Positions 31,728-41,023 of a stretch of DNA of 64,000 nucleotides are shown here, one piece after another; the stretch's first letter is position 1; each line of letters begins with the position of its first letter. The DNA lies in NCBI GenBank assembly GCA_963842645.1, contig CAWJGY010000009.1, positions 15,433-79,432 on the forward strand, in the 5' to 3' direction. Below the pieces are notes generated by a model, which was given only the letters and a program-made list of their open reading frames with translations, did not search any database and was not told the DNA's origin. Source of the stretch: an uncultured Alphaproteobacteria bacterium (GTDB taxonomy: Bacteria; Pseudomonadota; Alphaproteobacteria; Rhizobiales; Xanthobacteraceae). A program made the translations under genes and the position numbers.

Positions 31728-32707
31728 CGAGAGCCTGGCACTGGTCCTTGATCGCGGCCCTGATTCTTGTTGCCGCAGCGCCGACCGACGCTGCAGCGCA
31801 ATCCGACGGCTATCCCAACAAGCCGGTCCGGTTCATCTCCGACTCCGCCGCGGGGAGCTCGCCGGACGTGGGGCTGCGCATCGTCGCCGAAGGTCTGGCC
31901 CAGCTGTGGGGGCAGCAGGTCGTGGTCGAGAACCGGCCCGGCGCCAGCGGCGCGATTTCGGCGCGGGCTGCCGCCGAAGCCACGCCGGACGGCTACACCC
32001 TGTATGCCCCGGCGCTGTCCACGTTTCTCGCCCTGCCCGGCCGCGCCCCCAATCTGCCGCTCATGCTGCCGCGCGATTTCATTCCGATCGGATTCACATT
32101 CGATCAGCCGATGTCGATCGGCGCCTCGCCCACGCTGGGCGTCAACACGCTGCCAGAGCTGATTGCGCTCGCAAAAACTAAGCCGGGCGAGATCACCTAT
32201 TCGGTGGCCGGTGTCGGACGCATGACGCATCTGACTGGCGAGTTGCTGCAAATCCGCGGCGACATCAAGCTGCAGGTGATCCCCTACACCGGCGGCGCGG
32301 CGCAGGCGCTCAGCGATATCGTCGCCGGCCGCATTTCGATGATCGTCGAAGGCTACGCCGGCATGGCCGGCATCTATCAGGCGGGCACGCTCAAGCCGCT
32401 CGCGGTCGGCTCGGCGCAACGCTTGGAGGAAGCCCCGCAGATCCCGACGGTGGCGGAGACGCTGCCGGGCTTTGTCGCCGCGGGATGGCAGGTGGTGGTC
32501 GCGCCGAACGGCACGCCGGAGGCGGTCGTGCGGAAGGTGAGCGCGGATCTTCGCCAGGTGCTCACCAAGCCCGACATGGTCAGCCGTCTCTCGCTGCGCG
32601 GCTCTTATCCCCGGGTGATGACGGCGGCCGAGACCGAGGCCTTCGTCCGCGAGCAGCAGCAGTTGTGGAAGCCGGCGATGGAGCGGATCGCGGGCCAGAC
32701 CAATTAG
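31724..32707 (+). CDS. Bug/TctC substrate-binding protein
   Basis: Signal peptide, YPNKPVRFI, ENRPGASG, PDGYTL, IPYTGG, IPTVAE. Confidence 0.9.
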   Translation: MTRAWHWSLIAALILVAAAPTDAAAQSDGYPNKPVRFISDSAAGSSPDVGLRIVAEGLAQLWGQQVVVENRPGASGAISARAAAEATPDGYTLYAPALSTFLALPGRAPNLPLMLPRDFIPIGFTFDQPMSIGASPTLGVNTLPELIALAKTKPGEITYSVAGVGRMTHLTGELLQIRGDIKLQVIPYTGGAAQALSDIVAGRISMIVEGYAGMAGIYQAGTLKPLAVGSAQRLEEAPQIPTVAETLPGFVAAGWQVVVAPNGTPEAVVRKVSADLRQVLTKPDMVSRLSLRGSYPRVMTAAETEAFVREQQQLWKPAMERIAGQTN

Positions 32708-33828
32708 GCGAGGCTTGCCGCTAAAGCAGGCCGCGGCGAGGCCTGCTTTTCCGCAAAGCGCGGCATCACCTCCTTCGCAAACAGCTCGGCCGAGGTCTTG
32801 CTGATGTGAGCGGTCTCGCCGTCGATCTCGCCGAGAAAGCGCAAGTGCAGGTGGTTGATACCCATGTCCGCCAGTTGTTTCACCTTGGCGGCGATCGTGT
32901 CGGGCGTGCCGGCGATGGTCATCTTCATATCGCCGCCCTTGGCGTATTCATCCGGCCGCGATTGCGCCGACACCGATTTCATCGCCGGCCCATCCGTCGG
33001 GCCGTGCCGCTTCACGTAGCTGGTGCGGATCGCCATCGTCTCGGCGCGCGCGAGCTTCTCGCGCTCCAGCGCCTTCTCCTCCGTCTCCGCCACCGTCACG
33101 CCGACCCAGTCGTACGAGCACCAGCGCAGGCAGTTGTCCTTCACCTCCTGCGGATGATTGGCCGCATCGAGCGCGCGCCGGTAGATCTGCATCTGCTCGT
33201 GCAGATCGGCGCCGAGCACGCCGACGAAGACCGGCCAGCCCTTCTGCGCCGCGCGGACGATGCCCGCCTCGCGGGTCGCGACGCGAATGAGCGTGGGATG
33301 CGGCCTGGAGTACGGCCCCGGCGCGACGCGGCGCTTGAGGCGGCCGCTGAAGTTGCCGACAGAAAAGCTGAACTCGGGATCGCCGTACTTGAAGCTCCAC
33401 AGCCGCTCCATCACGTCGAGCGTCTCCTCGGCGAGGCGGCCCGAGGCGTGGGCCTCGGCGTCGATGCCGAGCCCGTTCGGCTCGGTGCCCTGCCAGCCGG
33501 AGCCTACGCCGAACAGCACTCTGCCTTTGGTCAGATGATCGAGCAGGTTCATGCTCTCGACCAGCCGCACCGGATGATAGAACGGGATGGAGAGCACGCC
33601 GAAGCCGATATAGCGGTCGCGCGGAATCAGCGGCGCGATGTAGGACGCGAACTGCATCGGATTTGAGTGCCACGGCCCCCTGAAGTGGTGATCGGTGAAC
33701 CACACGTGGTAGCCCTGCTCGGCGAACCAGATCGCTTGCTCGGCCGCCATGTCGATGATGCGGTTGTCGTCGTCCCGATCGTCGGCGTTGGGGAACCACA
33801 TATTCATCGTCATTGCGGAGAATTGCAT
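32704..33828 (-). CDS. LLM-class flavin-dependent oxidoreductase
   Basis: WFTDHHF, HPVRLVE..LLDHLTKGR..FGVGSG, PYSRPHP, GTPDTI, FAKEVMP. Confidence 0.88.
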   Translation of the reverse strand: MQFSAMTMNMWFPNADDRDDDNRIIDMAAEQAIWFAEQGYHVWFTDHHFRGPWHSNPMQFASYIAPLIPRDRYIGFGVLSIPFYHPVRLVESMNLLDHLTKGRVLFGVGSGWQGTEPNGLGIDAEAHASGRLAEETLDVMERLWSFKYGDPEFSFSVGNFSGRLKRRVAPGPYSRPHPTLIRVATREAGIVRAAQKGWPVFVGVLGADLHEQMQIYRRALDAANHPQEVKDNCLRWCSYDWVGVTVAETEEKALEREKLARAETMAIRTSYVKRHGPTDGPAMKSVSAQSRPDEYAKGGDMKMTIAGTPDTIAAKVKQLADMGINHLHLRFLGEIDGETAHISKTSAELFAKEVMPRFAEKQASPRPALAASLA

Positions 33829-33904
33829 CGATCGGTCCTGTGTCTGTTTTTTGTTGTCACACAGCATTCAGGGACTGGCAATCACCCGCACGCCCGCAGA
33901 ACGC

Positions 33905-33937
33905 GCAGGTGGGTTGCGCGCGACGCGCGTACCCGCC
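33905..33937. repeat. GTAG-like REP hairpin
   Basis: gcaggtgggt-tgcgcgcg-a-cgcgcgt-acccgcc stem-loop. Confidence 0.5.
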
Positions 33938-33945
33938 GCACCAGA

Positions 33946-33995
33946 CTTCCTTCGCAGCCAAGACGAGGATGCCCGGGACAAGCCCGGGCATGACG
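33946..33995 (-). repeat. CGTC-family REP, right (inverted) half of the doublet
   Basis: aagacgaggatgcccgggacaagcccgggcatgacg. Confidence 0.85.
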
Positions 33996-34026
33996 TGGAG
34001 AGGACGGCGCGCCTACAGATAAGGCC

Positions 34027-34515
34027 CTACTCCTCCTTATACCCATACGCCTGGGCGTTGCCGGTCGCGCCGTAGTACTTGAACGGCAGGAATTTTCCCG
34101 ACATGCCGATCTTGACGCGGTCGCCCTTCGGGTCGGGCAGCCGCTCCATCGTCATGTCGAAGTCGATCGCCGACATGATGCCGTCGCCGAACTCCTCCTG
34201 GATCAGCTCCTTCCACGCCGGGCCGTTGACCAGCACGAGCTCGTAGAAGCGGTAGATCAGCGGATCGGTCGGCGGCATGGTGACGCCCTCGGCGCGGTTC
34301 GGCACCTCGTTGAGCATCGTCTGCTCGGTCTTCGAGAGCCCGAACAGCTTGGCCGCGGCCTGCGCCTGCGGCTTGGTCAGCTTGTGGTTGCCGAGCAGCG
34401 CGCCCGTGATCATCACCGGCGACATGCCGCCGATCTGTTCGCAGATGTGCTTCCAGGTCCAGCCCTTCTCGCGCTTGATGTCGAGAAGCTTTTCGGTCAG
34501 GTCCGCACGCTTCAT
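34027..34515 (-). CDS. cynS: Cyanate hydratase (cyanase)
   Basis: PTDPLIYRFYE, EEFGDGIMSAIDF, GDRV..SGKFLP. Confidence 0.96.
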   Translation of the reverse strand: MKRADLTEKLLDIKREKGWTWKHICEQIGGMSPVMITGALLGNHKLTKPQAQAAAKLFGLSKTEQTMLNEVPNRAEGVTMPPTDPLIYRFYELVLVNGPAWKELIQEEFGDGIMSAIDFDMTMERLPDPKGDRVKIGMSGKFLPFKYYGATGNAQAYGYKEE

Positions 34516-34548
34516 TTGATCCTCCCAGCGTTGAGCGATGTTGGAATT

Positions 34549-35454
34549 TTAGTGTCCCGCGGCGGCGCCGAGCCGCAGCACGTTCGTCGCGGCCGCAACG
34601 GTGGGCACAGCGCCCGGCCGCACCACCGCGATGTTGCGCGGATCGTATTGGCCGCGCAACTCGTGAACGAAGGTCTTCGAGCGGCTGACGAGGAAGTCGA
34701 TGATGTGGTTGCGGACGGGATAATACAGTGGGTGCTTGTGCACCTCGGTGCGCACGCGCTCCTTCGGCAGCGGGTTTTCCACCACCTCGGCCAGCACCGC
34801 GCCCGGGCCGTTGGTCATCAGCACGATGCGGTCGGCGAGATAGATCGCCTCGTCGACGTCGTGGGTGATCATGAACACGGTCTGCCCGGTCTCCTGGCAG
34901 ATGCGGCGCACCTCGTCCTGCAGGGTGCCGCGGGTGAGCGCGTCGAGCGCGGAGAACGGCTCGTCCATCAGCATGATCTTCGGCTCGATCGAGAGCGCGC
35001 GGGCGATGCCGACGCGCTGCTTCATGCCGCCGGAGAGCTCGGCCGGGCGCTTGCCCTCGGCGCCGGTGAGGCCGACGAGGTCGATGAACTTCTGCGCGCG
35101 CTCGCGCACGCGCGGCGCCCTCCACTTGCGCCATTTCGACGACACCGCGTAGGCGACGTTGCCCATCACCGAGCGCCACGGTAGCAGCGCGTGGGTCTGG
35201 AAGATCACCGCGCGGTCGAGGCTTGGCCCCTCAATCGCCTGGTTGTCGACGATCACGGTGCCGGCAGAGGGGGTGTCGAGGCCGGCCAGGATGTTGAGCA
35301 CGGTGGTCTTGCCGCAGCCGGAATGGCCAATGATGCAGGTGAAGTCGCCGCGCTGCATCGGCAGCCACAGGTCCTCGAACACCGTGGTGGTGCCGCCGCC
35401 CGCCGCGGGGAAGCGCTTGGCAATACCCTCTATGGAAATGAATTTGTGCGGCAT
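34549..35454 (-). CDS. cynD: Cyanate/nitrate-type ABC transporter ATPase
   Basis: GHSGCGKT, LSGGMKQRV, DEPFSALDALTR, ITHDVDEA; in operon with cynS. Confidence 0.85.
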   Translation of the reverse strand: MPHKFISIEGIAKRFPAAGGGTTTVFEDLWLPMQRGDFTCIIGHSGCGKTTVLNILAGLDTPSAGTVIVDNQAIEGPSLDRAVIFQTHALLPWRSVMGNVAYAVSSKWRKWRAPRVRERAQKFIDLVGLTGAEGKRPAELSGGMKQRVGIARALSIEPKIMLMDEPFSALDALTRGTLQDEVRRICQETGQTVFMITHDVDEAIYLADRIVLMTNGPGAVLAEVVENPLPKERVRTEVHKHPLYYPVRNHIIDFLVSRSKTFVHELRGQYDPRNIAVVRPGAVPTVAAATNVLRLGAAAGH

Positions 35455-35458
35455 GTTG

Positions 35459-36298
35459 CTATTCCGGGAACGTCACAAGCCGGGTCAGCCTCGCCAGCAC
35501 CAAATCCAACAGCATCCCCACGATTCCAATCATCAAAATCGCGTTGATCACATTTGTAATTGAAAGATTGTTCCATTCATTCCAGACGAAGTAACCGATG
35601 CCGGTGCCGCCGACGAGCATTTCGGCCGCGACGATCACCAGCCAGGCGATGCCGATGGAGATGCGCATCCCGGTGAGGATGGTTGGCGCGGCCGCTGGCA
35701 GGATAATGGTGAAGGCGCGGCGGAAAGTGCCCACCTCGAGCGTCTTGGCGACGTTGAGCCACTCGCGCCGCACCGAAGCGACGCCGAATGCGGTGTTGAT
35801 CATCATCGGCCACAGCGAGCAGATGAAGATCACGAAGATCGACGACAGGCCGGAATCCTTGATGGTGTAGAGCGCCAGCGGCATCCAGGCGAGCGGCGAG
35901 ATCGGCTTGAGCACCTGAATGAACGGATCGAGCGCCTTGCTCATCAACGGCGACATGCCGATCAGGAAGCCGATCGGGATCGCAAACAAGACCGCGAGCA
36001 GATAGCCGGCGGTGACGCGGGCGATCGAAAACGCGAGCTGGATGCCGAGGCCCTTGTCGTTCGGCCCATTGTCATAGAATGGCCGCTTGAGATGCTCCCA
36101 GAGCTTTCCGCCGACATCGAGCGGACCGGGCATCGCCGACTTGCCCTGTGTCGCGGTCGCACCCATCAGCTTGGCGTATTCCGGATCCATCTGCTGAACG
36201 GCGCCGATGCCGCGCGTGGCGAGATGCCACGCCACGATGAACGCGGCGAAGATCAGGATGGAGACAAGCGCGGCGCGTAAGTTCAGCGAGCGGTTCAT
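35459..36298 (-). CDS. cynB: Cyanate/nitrate-type ABC transporter permease
   Basis: GPNDKGLG, LKPISPLAW, NTAFGV, IVAAEML, WNEWN. Confidence 0.85.
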   Translation of the reverse strand: MNRSLNLRAALVSILIFAAFIVAWHLATRGIGAVQQMDPEYAKLMGATATQGKSAMPGPLDVGGKLWEHLKRPFYDNGPNDKGLGIQLAFSIARVTAGYLLAVLFAIPIGFLIGMSPLMSKALDPFIQVLKPISPLAWMPLALYTIKDSGLSSIFVIFICSLWPMMINTAFGVASVRREWLNVAKTLEVGTFRRAFTIILPAAAPTILTGMRISIGIAWLVIVAAEMLVGGTGIGYFVWNEWNNLSITNVINAILMIGIVGMLLDLVLARLTRLVTFPE

Positions 36299-36323
36299 GG
36301 CGCGATTGCTCCCGGCAGCATCG

Positions 36324-37721
36324 TTACGCCCGCTTGATGGCAAAGCTCTTGACGTAGTCTTCGGGCTTGGCCGGATCGAAGGTCTTGCCCATCACCGAGA
36401 AGCTCTTCGTCGTGGCGGCCGGCGGCGTCAGCCCGACCTCCTTCATCAGCTTGGTGGTGTCGGTGGCGAGGAATACCTGCTTGGCCACGCCGGCATAATC
36501 GACGTCGCCCTTGATCTGACCCCAACGCTTCATCTGGGTCATGATCCAGACCGCGAACGATTCCCACGGGAAAGGGTCAAAATCGACGCGGTTTGGCACC
36601 TTCTGGATGCCGCCGAGACCGTCCGCGTAGGTACCGGTCAGGATCTGCTCAAGCACTGTGACGGGCTGGTTGATGTAGTTCGCCGGCGCGATGGCTTCGG
36701 CGATCGCCTTGCGATTCTCCGCCTTGGTCGCGAAGGCGGTAGCATCGATGATCGCCTTCAGCAGCGCCGCGTAGGTGTTCGGCGTCTGTGTGACGAATTC
36801 CTTCGACGCTGCGAAGGCGCAGCACGGGTGCCCCTCCCAGATTTCCTTCGACAGGATGTGGATGAAGCCAACGCCGTCGAACACGGCACGCTGATTCATC
36901 GGATCGGGGCCGAGGAAGCCGTCGATGTTGTCGGCGCGCAGGTTGGCCACCATCTCCGGCGGCGGCACGGCGCGGATTTGGACGTCCTGGTCTGGATCGA
37001 TTCCGTGCTCGGCGAGATAGTACCGCAGCAGATAGTTGTGCATCGAAAAATCGAATGGCACCGCGAACTTCATGCCCTTCCACGACTTCGGGTCGCGCTT
37101 ATCCTTGTGTTTGATCGCCAGCGTGATGGCTTGGCCATTGATGTTCTCGATCGCCGGCGCCGTATAGGGGATCGGTTGCGAGCCGACGCCAAGCGAAATC
37201 GCGATCGGCATCGGCGAAAGCATGTGCGCAGCGTCGTATTCCTTGTTGAGCGTCTTGTCGCGGATTACCGCCCAGCCGGCAGTCTTGATCACCTCGACGT
37301 TGAGGCCATGCTTTTCGTAGAAGCCCATCGGCTTCGCCATGATGATCGGCGTGGCGCAGGTGATCGGGATGAAGCCGACCTTGAGGTCCTTCTTCTCAAT
37401 GGCACCGCCTTGCGCGAACACCTCGGTGGCAGCGCCGAGCGGGAAGAATTGCGAAATCGCCGCGAGCGCGGTCGAAGCGCCGACCGATTTGAGGAAGGCG
37501 CGGCGCGCGGCATCCTGCGGGAACACCGCCCGCATCACGGCGGAGGCGACAACGCCCTGGTAGCGCTTGTCTTCGCTCGTGCTCCGGCTTTCGACGGGCG
37601 TGCATTGCAGCGCCGGCGCGGCGTCCCGTTCGTGCTCGATCTGGCTGATGTGGCGGCCGCACGAACAGCCGGAGCGGTTGAGCCCGCGCTTTGGATCGAA
37701 AGGATTGTCGAACGTCGACAT
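36324..37721 (-). CDS. cynA: CmpA/NrtA-family substrate-binding protein (cyanate)
   Basis: RRAFL Tat motif, GFIPITCATP, HNYLLRYYLA, PPPEMVANL, HPCC. Confidence 0.85.
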   Translation of the reverse strand: MSTFDNPFDPKRGLNRSGCSCGRHISQIEHERDAAPALQCTPVESRSTSEDKRYQGVVASAVMRAVFPQDAARRAFLKSVGASTALAAISQFFPLGAATEVFAQGGAIEKKDLKVGFIPITCATPIIMAKPMGFYEKHGLNVEVIKTAGWAVIRDKTLNKEYDAAHMLSPMPIAISLGVGSQPIPYTAPAIENINGQAITLAIKHKDKRDPKSWKGMKFAVPFDFSMHNYLLRYYLAEHGIDPDQDVQIRAVPPPEMVANLRADNIDGFLGPDPMNQRAVFDGVGFIHILSKEIWEGHPCCAFAASKEFVTQTPNTYAALLKAIIDATAFATKAENRKAIAEAIAPANYINQPVTVLEQILTGTYADGLGGIQKVPNRVDFDPFPWESFAVWIMTQMKRWGQIKGDVDYAGVAKQVFLATDTTKLMKEVGLTPPAATTKSFSVMGKTFDPAKPEDYVKSFAIKRA

Positions 37722-37777
37722 CGCCACGCCCCCATCGTTGTCGCCGCGTCAAAGGCGCGGCGGGACATCAATGATTT

Positions 37778-37794
37778 TGCAATGGCCGTGCCAA
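37778..37794 (-). promoter_or_regulatory. Sigma54 (-24/-12) promoter of cynABDS
   Basis: Minus strand TTGGCAC-GGCCA-TTGCA, exact TGGCAC-N5-TTGCA. Confidence 0.85.
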
Positions 37795-37907
37795 TCCCCA
37801 GGGGCAACCCGCTGCGGGATTCCCTGCGAATATGTATGCAATAGGGGGGTATTTCGCTCGCTTCCTAAGCATATGCCGAAAGTTGCATCGGTCTGCCGAA
37901 AAAGCGG

Positions 37908-37932
37908 GCGGCGGCGCTACCAGCGCCGCCGC
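37908..37932 (-). terminator. Stem-loop downstream of the 37962-38567 gene
   Basis: gcggcggcgct-acc-agcgccgccgc, followed on the minus strand by a short T run. Confidence 0.6.
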
Positions 37933-37961
37933 TAAACTCATCCCACCGAAGCCGTTGCGGA

Positions 37962-38567
37962 CTACTGCGGCACCGTGCCGTCGCGGCCGACGTTGATGCG
38001 GGCCGCCTCCAGCGTGCCGTCCGGCTTCTTGGTCGCGGCCGTAACGGTGAAAGCCGCGCCGGGCTTGAGATCGGCGGCACTACCGATCTCGTAGCGAACG
38101 ATCGGCACGTTCGGCGGGACGATGATCAGCTTCTCGCCGTCCTTGTATTTCAGCTTGACGGCCGCCCCGTCGACGCCGGTTACCGTGGCGCCCGCGGCCG
38201 TGCCGTTGGTCATGGTGCTGCCGGGGATGTTGAACGGCCGATGCCCCTCGCCGGTGCCACGCATCGCTTCGGGGAAGATGTGCACCTCCAGCGCCTTCTG
38301 CGTGCCGTCCGGTTGCGGCATCGCCGCGCTGCCCAGGAAAGTGTTCTCCTTGATGTCGGCCATCGAAGCCTTCACCACGCCAACGATCTGGGCGTTGCCA
38401 GTCAGCGTCAGCTTGGTTTCGCCGTCGGCGGTCTTCAGCGTGAGCACGCTGCCGTCGACCTTTTCGATCGTCCCTTTCACGCGCACGGTGGGCGCCTGCT
38501 GCGCCGAAGCGATCGCGCACGATACTGTGAGCAACGCGCCGGCAAGAACGATTTTCAGTGCTGTCAC
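37962..38567 (-). CDS. Exported OB-fold-like protein (DUF5666-like), paralog 1
   Basis: Signal peptide, RVKGTIEKVDG, DGTQKALEVHIFPE, GSTMTNG, YKDGEK; GTG start with RBS. Confidence 0.8.
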   Translation of the reverse strand: MTALKIVLAGALLTVSCAIASAQQAPTVRVKGTIEKVDGSVLTLKTADGETKLTLTGNAQIVGVVKASMADIKENTFLGSAAMPQPDGTQKALEVHIFPEAMRGTGEGHRPFNIPGSTMTNGTAAGATVTGVDGAAVKLKYKDGEKLIIVPPNVPIVRYEIGSAADLKPGAAFTVTAATKKPDGTLEAARINVGRDGTVPQ

Positions 38568-38587
38568 GATATCCTCCCTAAAAATAG

Positions 38588-38616
38588 GCGCGCCGTCAGA
38601 ACCTGGCGGCGCGCCA
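38588..38616. terminator. Intergenic stem-loop between the two paralogs
   Basis: ggcgcgccgtcag-aac-ctggcggcgcgcc. Confidence 0.55.
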
Positions 38617-38646
38617 AATGAAACCCTTAGCGGCTTGAGTCACCGC

Positions 38647-39267
38647 TCATTGCGGCGGATCGATATCACGGCCGACCGCGACGTTGGGTGCGGTCAACGA
38701 CCCGTCGGCCTGCTTCTGCGCGCCGCCGATGAAAATCTTGGCGCCGACCTTGAGATCTTCGGCGCTGCCCGGCACATATTTCGCGATCGGAATGCCCGGC
38801 GGGATGTTCACTTTCTTCTCGCCGTCCTTGTACTTGACCAGCAGATCCTGTCCGTCCTTGCCGGAAACAGTCGTCGCAACATTGGCGTTAGTCATAGTGC
38901 TGCCAGGTCGACTGTCCCACTCCGAAAACCGGTCGGCCACGACGCCTTTCTGCGAGTCCATGAAGATGTGAACGGCGTACGCCTTTTGCGTGCCGTCCGG
39001 CAGCGGCATGGCCGACACACCGATGAACGTACCCTCCTTGATGTCTGCCAGAGATGATTTGACCATGGCAGAGACCCGGAGAGGCTCGGCGAGCTTCACG
39101 GTCAAGTTCTCGCCGCCGCGCGATTTCACTGAGAGCGTATTGCCTTCGACCTTGGTGATTTCGCCGCGGACGCGCACCGGCGGGGCCTGCTGCGCCCAAA
39201 CCGCCGACGTCGCCACGATCAGTGAAATGCCCGCCAAGCTTAACGCGCGCCGTGTCGTCATCTGCAT
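38647..39267 (-). CDS. Exported OB-fold-like protein (DUF5666-like), paralog 2
   Basis: RVRGEITKVEG, DGTQKAYAVHIF, GSTMTNA, YKDGEK; RBS GGAGG. Confidence 0.8.
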   Translation of the reverse strand: MQMTTRRALSLAGISLIVATSAVWAQQAPPVRVRGEITKVEGNTLSVKSRGGENLTVKLAEPLRVSAMVKSSLADIKEGTFIGVSAMPLPDGTQKAYAVHIFMDSQKGVVADRFSEWDSRPGSTMTNANVATTVSGKDGQDLLVKYKDGEKKVNIPPGIPIAKYVPGSAEDLKVGAKIFIGGAQKQADGSLTAPNVAVGRDIDPPQ

Positions 39268-39367
39268 ATTCCGTCCTCCCTGGAAAATCGCGCACGGCTT
39301 GTGCCGGCGTGTTGTGAAAAGGATTGCACCTGGCCTCAACAACCCCGCGCCAGAGGGCATTATTCCC

Positions 39368-40204
39368 TTATTTCGCGAGGTCTGTCTCGATCAAGGCGCG
39401 CAATTGCGGCGTCACCTGCGGGCGTACCCCAAACCACATCTGGAAGCCCTGGATGGCCTGATACAGCAGCATGCCAAGTCCGTCGGCACTGGCCAGCCCA
39501 CGCGTGCGCGCGGCGGCCAGCAGCGGTGTTTCCAGGGGCGCATAGACCAGGTCGGCGACCACGGCATGGCGCGGCAGTGGATCAAGATCGATGGCGAGCG
39601 GCGGCTGGCCGGTCATGCCCAGCGAGGTCGTGTTGACGAGTAGCCCAGCCCGGGTGAGGAGATGCGGCAGCGCCGACCCCCGCGCGGGGTGGACAGCTGA
39701 ACCAAAACGCGCCTGGAGGGCCTCGGCGCGATCGGGCGTCCTGTTGACCACATGAATCTTGCCGACGCCGCGCTCGATCAATCCATAGATGACAGCGCGT
39801 GCTGAGCCGCCGGCGCCGAGCACGACCGCCTCGCCGGCACGCTTTTCCCAGCCCGGCACCGCCGCATCGAGATTGGATGTGAAGCCTTCGACGTCGGTGT
39901 TAGTCGAGAGCAAACGCCCGCTGTCATACCAGAGCGTGTTGGCAGCGCCGACCGCGCGGGCCCGGTCATCCGGATCCGACATCGCCAGCGCCGCCTCCTT
40001 GTGCGGCAGCGTGATGTTGGCGCCAACATAGCCGCGCTCGGCGAGCGACGAAATGAAATCGCCGAACGCCTCCGGCGCGATCTCCTCGCGCCGGTAGGCC
40101 GCGTCAAGCCGATATTGCTTGATCCAATGGCCGTGGATCAGCGGCGAACGCGAATGCTTGATCGGCCAACCGACCACGCATGCGGCTCGCACGCCTTCGC
40201 TCAT
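39368..40204 (-). CDS. aroE: Shikimate dehydrogenase
   Basis: HSRSPLIH, NITLPHKE, GAANT, NTD, GAGG, NRT, DGLGMLLYQ. Confidence 0.92.
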   Translation of the reverse strand: MSEGVRAACVVGWPIKHSRSPLIHGHWIKQYRLDAAYRREEIAPEAFGDFISSLAERGYVGANITLPHKEAALAMSDPDDRARAVGAANTLWYDSGRLLSTNTDVEGFTSNLDAAVPGWEKRAGEAVVLGAGGSARAVIYGLIERGVGKIHVVNRTPDRAEALQARFGSAVHPARGSALPHLLTRAGLLVNTTSLGMTGQPPLAIDLDPLPRHAVVADLVYAPLETPLLAAARTRGLASADGLGMLLYQAIQGFQMWFGVRPQVTPQLRALIETDLAK

Positions 40205-40207
40205 GGG

Positions 40208-40996
40208 TCAGTAGTAGCCGGCAGTCGCGCCGCCATCGACGGCAATCGCCGTGCCCTGGATGTGGCGGGCCTTCTCCGAGCACAGGAACAGCGTCAGCGC
40301 GGCGATGTCTTCGGGCTTGCCGATCCTGCGGATGCCATCCTTGGCGGTGGCCTCTTTGCGCAAGTCATCGATCGACTTGCCGGACGCCCTGGACCGCTGG
40401 TCGAGCAATTCGCCGAACCGCTCGGTGTCGGTCGCGCCGGGATGGATGGCGTTGACATTGACGCCGTCGCGCTTGCCGAGCTGCGACAGGCTTTTCGAAA
40501 AATTCCCCATCGCCGCGTTGACCGAGCCGCCAATGGTGAAGTCGGCGCCCGGCGTGCGCGCGGCGCCGCCGATGATATTGACCACGTGGCCCTGCGCGGT
40601 CTTGAGCATCGGCCAGAACAGCCGACACATCCGCACGCAGCCGAAGAATTTCAGCGCATAGCCGTCCATCCAGGCTTCATCGGGCAAATCGACGAAGTTA
40701 CCGGCGCGCGTGGCGCCCGCCGAGTTCACCAGGATGTCGCAACGCTTGAACTTGTCCTGCACCTGCTTGAGCACCTGCTGGCAGCCATCGAGCTTCTTCA
40801 AATCGACGACGATAGCGACCGGCGCGGGTCCGCCGGCGGCGGCAACCGTCTTGGACGCAGCGGCGAGATTGGCTTCCGACGAAGACACGATCACCGTCTG
40901 CGCGCCCGCTTTGGCGAAATCGGCCGCGATCTCGCGGCCGATACCGCGGCTGCCGCCGGTGATGACCGCCACTTTTCCTTGAAACTCGCCTGGCAT
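40208..40996 (-). CDS. SDR-family oxidoreductase
   Basis: TGGSRGIG, VNSAG, NAIHPG, AVDGG. Confidence 0.9.
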   Translation of the reverse strand: MPGEFQGKVAVITGGSRGIGREIAADFAKAGAQTVIVSSSEANLAAASKTVAAAGGPAPVAIVVDLKKLDGCQQVLKQVQDKFKRCDILVNSAGATRAGNFVDLPDEAWMDGYALKFFGCVRMCRLFWPMLKTAQGHVVNIIGGAARTPGADFTIGGSVNAAMGNFSKSLSQLGKRDGVNVNAIHPGATDTERFGELLDQRSRASGKSIDDLRKEATAKDGIRRIGKPEDIAALTLFLCSEKARHIQGTAIAVDGGATAGYY

Positions 40997-41023
40997 TGCC
41001 GATCCCTCCCTCGCGATTGCTGT

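Noticed and set aside
30710-32707. 665-aa extended Bug protein
   Set aside because: The upstream part overlaps the LLM gene antisense, the REP and the HTH ORF; the signal peptide starts at 31724.
34549-37721. Nitrate or bicarbonate transporter call
   Set aside because: Same family, but direct coupling to cynS and the absence of nitrate/nitrite reductase genes favour cyanate.
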